DNA of 62,545 nucleotides, from positions 1-62,545 of the forward strand of contig JBIOTW010000091.1 in assembly GCA_044866355.1 (NCBI GenBank), written 5' to 3'. Below the pieces are notes generated by a model. That model saw nothing but the letters and a program-made list of their open reading frames with translations. It was not told the origin of the DNA and searched no databases. The stretch's first letter is position 1; every line of letters starts with the position of its first letter. The stretch is from Candidatus Limnocylindria bacterium. GTDB lineage: Bacteria > Chloroflexota > Limnocylindria > QHBO01. The translations under genes and the position numbers were made by a program. This document shows, in pieces, positions 54,785 through 62,545 of this stretch.

Positions 54785-55198
54785 ATGCGGGTTGAGCTGC
54801 TGTTCTGGGATGCGGACCCGGAGTACATGACCGCTCGTCAGCGACTGGTCGAGGTCCTCATCGAGGACGCCTTCGAGACGCCGATCCAGATGATCGCGGT
54901 CAGCACGCCCGAAGACGCCGCGTTCCTCCAATTTCCCGGTTCGCCCACCATTCGCATCGACGGGACCGATATCCATCCCGCCGGGGTGGATGAGATCGGG
55001 CTCCACCTTCGCTCCTACCCCGGCGACGATGGCGGGCCGCCTGAGCGGGCGCCGTCCAAGCGGCTCATCCGCCGAGCGGTGGAGGCCGCTCGGGGTTGGA
55101 GCCACGGGCAACCGGAAGAACCGGCACCGCCGGCGGAGCCAGCCGCCGATTCTGCGGCGCCCGCCCCCATTTCTGCGGGAGAGCGGAACCCGCAGTAG
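54785..55198 (+). CDS. thioredoxin-fold protein lacking the CxxC pair, with Pro/Ala-rich tail
   Basis: MRVELLFWDADPEY ... FPGSPTIRIDGTDI resembles small glutaredoxin-like proteins (LLYFEGCPN ... GSPTI.VDG). Here DADP replaces GCPN. Confidence 0.6.
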   Translation: MRVELLFWDADPEYMTARQRLVEVLIEDAFETPIQMIAVSTPEDAAFLQFPGSPTIRIDGTDIHPAGVDEIGLHLRSYPGDDGGPPERAPSKRLIRRAVEAARGWSHGQPEEPAPPAEPAADSAAPAPISAGERNPQ

Positions 55199-55208
55199 AC
55201 TCCCCCAA

Positions 55209-55598
55209 ATGCCCGCGACCAAGCGGCCCAGCACTTCCAGCCTGCGGCGCTTCGTGTCGTCCCGCCCCTACGTCCCGGTGGCGGAGCTGCGACGTCGATT
55301 CGGCCTGGATGAGCCGGATGCCATGGTTCGAATCAGCCGGAATGGGACCTCGGCCTACATCGGCGTTCCGGCCCGCGAGGCGGCCAAGCTCGAGGAGCTG
55401 TGGATGCGCGACGAGCTGGGAGTGGAGCTATCGGTCGACGTGCATGCGCCGGTGGTGGTGGGAGTCTTCCCAATGCGCATCGCCCGCTACATGGTCGACC
55501 ACAACGGCTTGAACGGGAACGGTGCGACCGTGTCAGGGAACGCGGCCGCGCCAGATACGGAGCTCCCCGAGGAACTGCTCGAAGACCAGGCGGGCTGA
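55209..55598 (+). CDS. hypothetical protein (129 aa)
   Basis: ATG 55209 lies inside the 54990 ORF. The central region is globular (YVPVAELRRRFGLDEPDAMVRISRNG ...). No family recognised. Confidence 0.5.
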   Translation: MPATKRPSTSSLRRFVSSRPYVPVAELRRRFGLDEPDAMVRISRNGTSAYIGVPAREAAKLEELWMRDELGVELSVDVHAPVVVGVFPMRIARYMVDHNGLNGNGATVSGNAAAPDTELPEELLEDQAG

Positions 55599-55609
55599 CC
55601 GGGCCGCCC

Positions 55610-55972
55610 ATGGCGGGAGTCCGCGTCGCGGCGCTCGTCCCAGACCTCATGACGGCGTCCCGCATCGAGAGCCTGGTGGCCGACGCCGGCGGGACGTTGA
55701 CTCGGGTCGCCGCGCCGGAACTGCTCCCCGCGGCCACCGAGGTTGACCTGTTGGTGGTCGACTGGGGCGACCGCGAAGCGGCATGGAGCGATGCCATCAG
55801 GGTCTGGCGGGATGGGGGTGAATATGGTCGCCCGCCACGGATCGTTTTGTTCGGCCCGCACACCGACCTGGTCGCCCACGCCGCGGCTCGGGATGCCGGC
55901 CTGGGACCCATGCGCGCCCGCTCGGCCTTCCTTGTCGGCCTCCCCGGCTTGCTGACCGCCACTGGAGCCTAG
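55610..55972 (+). CDS. hypothetical protein (120 aa), flavodoxin/receiver-like beta-alpha pattern
   Basis: ATG 55610. VRVAALVPDL ... VDLLVVDW ... PRIVLFGPH shows alternating beta-alpha periodicity. No catalytic signature recognised. Confidence 0.5.
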   Translation: MAGVRVAALVPDLMTASRIESLVADAGGTLTRVAAPELLPAATEVDLLVVDWGDREAAWSDAIRVWRDGGEYGRPPRIVLFGPHTDLVAHAAARDAGLGPMRARSAFLVGLPGLLTATGA

Positions 55973-55987
55973 GCGAGGCGCGGCCTC

Positions 55988-58900
55988 TCAGCTGGGGATC
56001 GCTTCGGTCCTCCGCAGGTGGGTCACGTCGCCGAGGGCCTCCAGGGCGGCTGTTCCAGACGCGACCAGAGTCGCGTCGTTGGTGAGCTGTCCGAGCTCGA
56101 GTTCGGCGCGTGCCACGAGTGGTCGGGCGCCGAACCCCCGAAACGCCTGAATCGCTTCGCGGAGATTGTCCGCCGAGCGTTCCTGGATCCCGCGGGCGCG
56201 GAGGAGCTGGGCGGCCAGCAGCCGCTGGTCGCGCGTTCTCGCCTCGCCGAGCAGAAGATCCAGTCCTTCGAGGGGAATCGGATGGCGGAGGTCCGCGCAG
56301 GTGGCCACCGCGCGCTCTACCAGGTGCAGCCGGGTGAGGTACGGCTCCCAGTCCAGGATCATGGTCCGGACCAGCGCATCCGGGTCCGGCCCGATGACGG
56401 CAGTCAGGCGGCGGAACAGATGGCCCGGTGGAAACTGTTCGGCGACCCCGAGCAAGACCGCTGTCGCTCGACTCCGCAGCCGGTCGTCCTGGCGTGCCAC
56501 GCCCACCTCGAGCGCCGCGACCAGTCCGTGGAGGGCAAACCCGGCGGACAGGCGCCCAGCGTCCTCCCACAGGCGACCCGCCCGCTCTGCGGCCGCGGTG
56601 ACCTCGTCCCAACGGCCGAGGAGCGCCAGCGACCACGTCTGCCATGCGGCCAGGCTCATGCCCGTGGCCTGGGCCTGGTTCGGCGCCAGGTCGCGCAGGA
56701 TGCTTTCGGCGGCTACCAGCACGTCTTCCAGCTCGCCGAGCTCCGACGCGAACCAGGCCACCATGTTGTGCACGTCGGAGCGTTCGTACAGCGGTAGGCG
56801 GTCCTCAATCGCCTGTCGCTCCCGCGTCAGTCTCAGGCCTGTCACGGGATCGGTGCCCAGCGCGAACGCCGAAAGACCATCCAGGGCCGCGCTCAGCAGG
56901 GGCGGGTCATCAAGCTCGCGCGCCATTGCCACGGCCCGTTCGCCGATCTCCCGGCCGCGCGCCCAGTCCTCTTCGGTGGGCAGGCGTGAGCTGGTGGCTG
57001 CCTCGAACGGGAGGAACGACTCGGCCACGTAGGACCAGGCCAGGACCGTGGGGTCGGTGGCCTGTGCGCGCAGGGCGTGGACCTCGTCGACGAGGGAGGC
57101 GATCTCGTCGTGGGTCGAGGGGGATGCAACCGACCCGCCCCAGCGACCGAGCACCATGAGCTGCCCGCTCAAGGCGCGCAGGATGAAGTCCGGCGATCGA
57201 CCCAGCTCGCGACCCAGCCTGACCGCCGACGCGTAGGCCTCGGTTGAGCGGTTCCCTCCCCCGAAGATGTCGCCCAGGCGGACCCACAGATCGGGCAAAT
57301 CCTCAGGGGGCGCAATCTCGATGGCGGCCCGGAGGTGGCGTGAGGCCTCTTCATACGCGGCGCCGGCGAACGCCGTGTCGGCAGCGCGGCGCAGCCACGC
57401 AACGGCCTTGGCGACGAGTTCCGCGTCCAGCGCCCCGCCGGCCGCGGTTGCCAGCGTCACCGCCTCGCGGAAGTGGAACGCGACCAGCTCAGCCTGCTCT
57501 TCCTCCCGCCCCGTTGCGAGGCGTTCGAGCCACGCGCCGGCCGCTCCGTGGAGGCGGGCTCGCTCTGCGCGCGGCATGGTCTGGTAGGCGACCTCGCGGA
57601 TGAGGATGTGGCGGAAGGTGAACTCGTCCCTACCGCTGGACCGGATGAGGTCATGCTCGAGCAGATGGTCGATCGCATCGGCGACGCCATCGGCCAGCTC
57701 TGGCTCAACCGCGGTCGCTCCGTCCAAGCGGAAGCTTCGGCCGAAGACCGATCCGACCTGCAGCGCCCGACGAGCGGCGGGCGGCAGCACGTCCAGCCGT
57801 GCCAGGACCGTGGCATGGACGGTGTCGGGGAGGGCGGACACGATCGCCTGGACGGCGGCCGGGTCATCGCCAGAGGCGGCCCGATCCTGAATCGTCCGCG
57901 CCAGCTCGCCGGCGTAGAAGGGATTGCCTTCGGCGCGGGTCACGACCGCCTGGACGACCTCGGGCGGGGGACCGTGCAGGAGGTAATCGACGAGGGCGCT
58001 GATGGCCAGGTCGTCAAGCGGCTCGAGGGCGAGCGAAACATAGTTCCGACGGCCGCCGCCCCAGGTCGGACGCCGGTCCAGCAGCTCGGGGCGGGCCAGC
58101 ACGATCATCAGCAGCGGCGCTTCGCCCCTCGGCTGGAGGATGACCTCGATCAGGTCGAGCAGGCTGTCACTCGACCAGTGGAGGTCCTCCACGACCACGA
58201 CCAAAGGGCGCTCGCTTGCCGCCAGCTCAACGGCAGTCCGCCAGGCAGCGAACAGCTCGGCGCGGTCGATCGGGTCCCCTTCGCTGGCGCCGAAGGTCGC
58301 CGCCAGCAGCTCCGCGGTCCGGCGCGGCGCGGGGTCACCGCCGGCGGTCAGCCATGCCTCCGCCGCCTCTCGCGTTTTGTCCGGGTCGTCGTCATCCGGC
58401 ATGCCCAACAGCTGTTGCAGCAGGGTGTGGAGGGGCAGGTAGGTCAGGCGCTGGCCGTAGGGCAGGCACTGGGCCGTCACGACCCGGGCATCGGGATGGA
58501 GTTCCGGCAGCCGTTCGAGGAACTCTTCCAACAGCCTCGTCTTGCCCGTTCCGGCAGGAGCGGTGATCGTGATCAGGAACGGCCGGCTTTCCTTGATCGC
58601 GCGCGCTGACGTCAGCTCCAGCTGGGCGACGTCGTCGTCACGGCCCAGGAACGGGAGCCGTGCGCGCGGCCTGGCCTCGACCGCACCCTCCAACTGCCGG
58701 GCGCGGAGCGGGGCCCCCTTGCCCTTCGCATCGATCTCGATCACCGGACCGAAGGCGAAGCCGTCCCCCGCGGCGCGCGCCGTCCGCTCGCTGGCGACGA
58801 TGTCCCAGCTGCCGGCGCCCTGCTGAAGACGCGCCGCCACGTTGACCGCGTCCCCGGTGACCAAGAAGTCGCCGCCTCCGCCGCCTTTCTCGCCTCCCAT

Positions 58901-59236
58901 GGCGGCTACGACTTCGCCGGTGCTCAGACCCAGTCGGATCGGGAGCCGATCGCCCAGGCCGGGGTCCTCGCGGACCCGGTCTCGCAGGGCCAGTGCCGCA
59001 GCCGCCGCCCGGCCGGCATCGTCGTCATGGGCGGTGGGCAGCCCGAACACGGCCATGACCGCGTCACCGATGAACTTCTCCAGCGTCCCGCCGTGCTGGG
59101 ACACGACCTCCTGGGCGATCGCGAAGTAGCGGCCGAGGAGCGCCCGCATGTCCTCCGGGTCGAGCGACTCGCCCAGCGCGGTCGAGCCGGTGACATCGGC
59201 GAACAGGACCGTCACCAGGCGTCGTTCCTCGGTCAT
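55988..59236 (-). CDS. class III adenylate/guanylate cyclase fused to AAA/STAND-type ATPase and TPR-like helical repeats
   Basis: VTVLFADVTGSTAL ... KFIGDAVMAVFG (cyclase). Walker A APAGTGKTRL and Walker B-like LVVVVEDLHW. A long alpha-helical C-terminus follows. No LuxR HTH was seen at the end. Confidence 0.9.
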   Translation of the reverse strand: MTEERRLVTVLFADVTGSTALGESLDPEDMRALLGRYFAIAQEVVSQHGGTLEKFIGDAVMAVFGLPTAHDDDAGRAAAAALALRDRVREDPGLGDRLPIRLGLSTGEVVAAMGGEKGGGGGDFLVTGDAVNVAARLQQGAGSWDIVASERTARAAGDGFAFGPVIEIDAKGKGAPLRARQLEGAVEARPRARLPFLGRDDDVAQLELTSARAIKESRPFLITITAPAGTGKTRLLEEFLERLPELHPDARVVTAQCLPYGQRLTYLPLHTLLQQLLGMPDDDDPDKTREAAEAWLTAGGDPAPRRTAELLAATFGASEGDPIDRAELFAAWRTAVELAASERPLVVVVEDLHWSSDSLLDLIEVILQPRGEAPLLMIVLARPELLDRRPTWGGGRRNYVSLALEPLDDLAISALVDYLLHGPPPEVVQAVVTRAEGNPFYAGELARTIQDRAASGDDPAAVQAIVSALPDTVHATVLARLDVLPPAARRALQVGSVFGRSFRLDGATAVEPELADGVADAIDHLLEHDLIRSSGRDEFTFRHILIREVAYQTMPRAERARLHGAAGAWLERLATGREEEQAELVAFHFREAVTLATAAGGALDAELVAKAVAWLRRAADTAFAGAAYEEASRHLRAAIEIAPPEDLPDLWVRLGDIFGGGNRSTEAYASAVRLGRELGRSPDFILRALSGQLMVLGRWGGSVASPSTHDEIASLVDEVHALRAQATDPTVLAWSYVAESFLPFEAATSSRLPTEEDWARGREIGERAVAMARELDDPPLLSAALDGLSAFALGTDPVTGLRLTRERQAIEDRLPLYERSDVHNMVAWFASELGELEDVLVAAESILRDLAPNQAQATGMSLAAWQTWSLALLGRWDEVTAAAERAGRLWEDAGRLSAGFALHGLVAALEVGVARQDDRLRSRATAVLLGVAEQFPPGHLFRRLTAVIGPDPDALVRTMILDWEPYLTRLHLVERAVATCADLRHPIPLEGLDLLLGEARTRDQRLLAAQLLRARGIQERSADNLREAIQAFRGFGARPLVARAELELGQLTNDATLVASGTAALEALGDVTHLRRTEAIPS

Positions 59237-59381
59237 CGGCTCATCCTAACTGTGTCTAGGCAGGGGTTGCGAAGGGCCCGACATCGGTTTGGCGACCGCC
59301 AATGGTGCGTTCTGTCAGCGCCCATGCAGATCAGTTCAGAGGGGTTTTGTTAAGTGACGTCCGGTGGGGTGCAGATCGATG

Positions 59382-59411
59382 TTGACTGGTGGGGGAGTTA
59401 CCGGGTAATTT
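59382..59411 (+). promoter_or_regulatory. sigma-70-like promoter candidate (TTGACT, 18 nt, TAATTT)
   Basis: Hexamers at 59382-59387 and 59406-59411 sit in an AT-richer patch. This would give a leader of about 205 nt before ATG 59623. Confidence 0.35.
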
Positions 59412-59622
59412 GATCGCCCCCGAGGACCTACGAGGTCGACCCCTGGATCAACGGCGCTGCATGTGCCTGCATAACCGCCTCGCCCGGCGCTCATCAGCAC
59501 TCATCGTCATCCGAGCCGGGCAAGGACCGATCCGAGCCCGCCCGACATGGCGTGAGTGCGGCGTACGCCGTTTGGTTCACGCACCTGTCCAGGTAGTCGC
59601 CCCACCCGGAGGTTTCGGACCG

Positions 59623-62508
59623 ATGACCAGCGCCAGCCCCAGCCGCCAGCTAGTTCATCCCGCTGTGCTCCACGCGACGCTGCAAGCGCGCGCGGATGAG
59701 CTCGCCGCCCGCAAGGCTGAGCGACAAGAGGCACGTTCGCGGCGCGCGCGTTCACGCGGCGGCCGTGGTGCCATCGCGGTCTTCGGGGCCGCATCACTCC
59801 TCATGGTAGGAGCGTTGTCCGTCTTGGCCGTCCATGACGCCGGCGTGTTCGAGCTTGACGCCGACGCCGTCGCGGAGCCCGGGATCGGCATCGGCTTGGC
59901 GGGCGACGATTGGGATCTCGTCGAAGCCGGCACCGACAGCGCGGTTGTGTCCCAGTTCGTCACCGACCCGTTCGAAGGCGATGACGACGTGTTCGCGCAG
60001 GACTCTGCCGACATCGACGACATCACCGAGTGGCACTGGAAGACGGCCGAGCCCGAGGACAAGAACGACATCACCAACGCGTACGCCGCGGCGTATGTGG
60101 CGACGAGCGGCCCGGATGCCGGCGACCTGATCCTCTACTTCGGTGTCGACCGGATGGCGAACAACGGTGACGCGGCCGTGGGTGTCTGGTTCGTCCAAGA
60201 TGAGGTGAGTCAGACCGGACCGTGCCAGGGGCCGAACTGCGAGTTCGAAGGTGCACACGTGGCGGGTGACATCCTCGTCCAGTCCGACTTCACGACGGGT
60301 GGCACCGTAGAGCGGCTCGACGTCTACATGTGGGACTGCGACACGTTCTACGGCTCGGCGGCCGCCTGCGACTCGGCGTTCCCCTTCGCGGTGGATAACG
60401 TCGGGGGGGACCTCTGGAAGATTTTCGAGGGCGTGGATTGCGACGCTGCTCTTGGGGGTGACCTGGCCTGCGCCCAGGTCAACACCACTGCCGTGACAGC
60501 GCCGTGGGACTACAGCTACAAGTGCGTTGGAACGAACCAGCCGGCCGAGTGTGCTGGCCACAACGGCCAGATCGTGGCCCTCGATGTCTTCCCGGTTGCG
60601 ACGTTCTTCGAGGGTGGCGTCAACCTGACCGATACCCTCGGGTCGGACATCTGTGTGGCGACGTTCATCGCGGAAACGCGAAGCTCGCAGTCCGAGACTT
60701 CGACCCTCGACGACAAGGCGTTGGGTGGCTTCGACCTATGCGGGAATAAGTCCGGTACCAAGTTCGAGGACCTCGACGGCGATGGCGTCAAGGATGGAGG
60801 CGAGCCGGGCCTCGACGGCTGGACGATCAACCTGTGGGCAGATGACGGCGACACAGTCGGCGTGCTGGATGTCAACGACACCTGGCTCGATGACGCGGTG
60901 ACCGGCGACGGCGACTGGGCCGACGGCTATTACGAGTTCCCGAACCTACAGGCTGGTGCCTACATCGTCTGCGAAGAGTCGATGACCGGCTGGGTCCAGA
61001 CCTTCCCGAACGCGGTGGCCGGTGAGGTCATAGACACGTGCGATGACTTCGACGATCCCGACAGCGACGCCCAGGAGGAGTTCGGCTACAAGTTCACCAT
61101 CGTTGGTGGAGTGGATAACACCGGCAACGACTTCGGCAACTTCGAGGAGATCACGAAGTCGGGCATCAAGTACGAAGATCCGAACGGCGACGGCGACCTG
61201 ACCGATGGCGTCGCCGCCGATGGCTGGACCATCAACCTGTACGCCGATGACGGCGGCACCGCCGGGGCGCTGGATGCGACCGACACCTGGCTCGACGACG
61301 CGGTCACCGGCTCGGGAACCTGGGCCGATGGCTACTACGAGTTCCCCGACCTGGGCCCGGGCACCTACATCGTCTGTGAAGAGTCGATGACCGGCTGGGT
61401 CCAGACCTTCCCGAACGCGGTGGCCGGTGAGGTCATCGACTCCTGCGACGCAGTCGCGGGCCAGGAAGAGTTCGGTTACCTGTTCACGGCCGCGTCCGGT
61501 GAGGACGAGACCGGCAACGACTTCGGCAACTTCGAGGAGATCACGAAGTCGGGCTTCAAGTTCAACGACAACGACACGGACGGGGTTTACGAGCCCGCTC
61601 CTGACCCACAGAACGACACCCAGCTGACCGGTTGGGTCATCGAGCTGTGGAAGTTGAACGGGACGTGGTCATTCGTGGCCAGCTACACCACGGACGTAAC
61701 TGGCTACTCCTTCTCCGATCTCGGACCCGGCACGTACGCCGTGTGTGAGGTCATCCAGCCCGACTGGGTGCAATCGTTCCCGTACTCCGGGGCGACGCTA
61801 TCGGACGGCGAGACGGTGTTCGACTGCACGCAGCTCACGCCTGATGGCGGTGGCACATTTGCTCCGTTCGGATACCAGTTCACCACTGAATCGGGTACGG
61901 ACCTGGACGAGAACATCTTCGGCAACTTCCTGGTGCCGCCTGGGTGCTCATTGACCCAGGGCTACTGGAAGACGCACTCCGACCGCGGCCCCGCACCGTA
62001 CGACGCGGATGGCTGGGGTGCACTCGGCGACTTCGACGGAGATGGCGTCGAGGAAGAAGAGGGTGAGGCCTTCTTCGACAGCGGATTAACCTGGTACCAG
62101 GTCTTCTGGACGAGCCCCAAGAATGGGAACGCGTACTTCATCCTGGCCCATCAATACATGGCCGCGGTCCTGAACGAAGCCAATGGAGCCGGGAACCCGA
62201 CGGGTCTCGCTGACGCGCTCGCGGATGCGGAAACCCTGCTCGACTTCTACGACGATGCGCCGTACAACAACAGCATCCCGAAGAACGCTGACTTCGTTCT
62301 CGACGCCGGCGTCAAGGATCGCGCTGAGGCCATCGCAATCGCTGGATTCCTCGCGTCGTACAACGAGGGGACTCTGCCGGGGACGAGCCATTGCGGCGAG
62401 GCTGGGTTCACCGGCTTCACGACATTGGCAGGGCTGACCGGCGGCTTCGTCTGGCCGATCGCGGTGGCGACTCTCGTGGCCGCGATCGCCCGGCGGCGCC
62501 GAGACTGA
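59623..62508 (+). CDS. large surface protein with repeated SdrD-B/Cna-B-like modules and a C-terminal sorting-signal-like region
   Basis: GGAGGT lies upstream of ATG 59623, followed by an N-terminal signal anchor. There are 3-4 modules of the type KSG.KFEDLDGDG ... DGWTINL ... GYYEFP.L..G.Y.VCE. Near-identical DNA blocks occur 405 nt apart (60961 versus 61366). The C-terminus is LPGTS ... GGFVWPIAVATLVAAIARRRRD. Confidence 0.8.
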   Translation: MTSASPSRQLVHPAVLHATLQARADELAARKAERQEARSRRARSRGGRGAIAVFGAASLLMVGALSVLAVHDAGVFELDADAVAEPGIGIGLAGDDWDLVEAGTDSAVVSQFVTDPFEGDDDVFAQDSADIDDITEWHWKTAEPEDKNDITNAYAAAYVATSGPDAGDLILYFGVDRMANNGDAAVGVWFVQDEVSQTGPCQGPNCEFEGAHVAGDILVQSDFTTGGTVERLDVYMWDCDTFYGSAAACDSAFPFAVDNVGGDLWKIFEGVDCDAALGGDLACAQVNTTAVTAPWDYSYKCVGTNQPAECAGHNGQIVALDVFPVATFFEGGVNLTDTLGSDICVATFIAETRSSQSETSTLDDKALGGFDLCGNKSGTKFEDLDGDGVKDGGEPGLDGWTINLWADDGDTVGVLDVNDTWLDDAVTGDGDWADGYYEFPNLQAGAYIVCEESMTGWVQTFPNAVAGEVIDTCDDFDDPDSDAQEEFGYKFTIVGGVDNTGNDFGNFEEITKSGIKYEDPNGDGDLTDGVAADGWTINLYADDGGTAGALDATDTWLDDAVTGSGTWADGYYEFPDLGPGTYIVCEESMTGWVQTFPNAVAGEVIDSCDAVAGQEEFGYLFTAASGEDETGNDFGNFEEITKSGFKFNDNDTDGVYEPAPDPQNDTQLTGWVIELWKLNGTWSFVASYTTDVTGYSFSDLGPGTYAVCEVIQPDWVQSFPYSGATLSDGETVFDCTQLTPDGGGTFAPFGYQFTTESGTDLDENIFGNFLVPPGCSLTQGYWKTHSDRGPAPYDADGWGALGDFDGDGVEEEEGEAFFDSGLTWYQVFWTSPKNGNAYFILAHQYMAAVLNEANGAGNPTGLADALADAETLLDFYDDAPYNNSIPKNADFVLDAGVKDRAEAIAIAGFLASYNEGTLPGTSHCGEAGFTGFTTLAGLTGGFVWPIAVATLVAAIARRRRD

Positions 62509-62545
62509 TCGGTAAGCAAGCGTAAATATGAGGGCCCGGCTCCGA

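Overview
Very GC-rich, densely coding chromosomal segment. It looks Actinomycetota-like, judged only from gene content: F420-type enzymes, a GlgM-type glycogen synthase, OpcA, and a DevS/NarL-type two-component pair. I can support about 60 CDS, one tRNA-Gly(UCC), two gene remnants (HNH, GGDEF) and several hairpins and operator-like repeats. By eye I saw no rRNA, CRISPR array, transposase or integrase. Content from left to right: a 5'-truncated secreted repeat protein; a CDA-fold deaminase; DUF2461; a 0.6-kb gene-free hairpin-rich gap; Gfo/Idh/MocA plus tRNA-Gly plus an HNH scar; an F420 LLM oxidoreductase; cupin, DinB and FAH genes; an esterase; the YHS-CopA copper efflux pair with a CsoR-like operator; glgM; an amidohydrolase; DoxX; a NarL-type regulator and GAF kinase next to a cupredoxin-fused NirK and a deazaflavin nitroreductase; a minus-strand operon of beta-CASP hydrolase, SAM hydroxide adenosyltransferase, fused EcfA, S component and EcfT; an ATP-dependent ligase; DUF885; GNAT; a LigD-type polymerase domain with a C-terminal extension; YihY; an M23 peptidase; glgP; a 1000-aa HTH plus acidic Pro/Glu repeat protein; ICMT; pncA; a Zn-ribbon protein; a tkt-tal-pgi-gnd-zwf-opcA-pgl super-operon; small unknown ORFs; a class III cyclase-ATPase-TPR protein; and a large Cna-B/SdrD-like surface protein. 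I did not find an unambiguous novel multi-gene system. The best second-look candidates are the 3442-4065 structured non-coding segment, the SAM-hydrolase/ECF operon, the Ku-less ligase/polymerase/beta-CASP neighbourhood with its unusual polymerase C-terminus, and the HTH-acidic-repeat protein. All functional calls rest on motif recognition from the translated ORFs; no searches were run.
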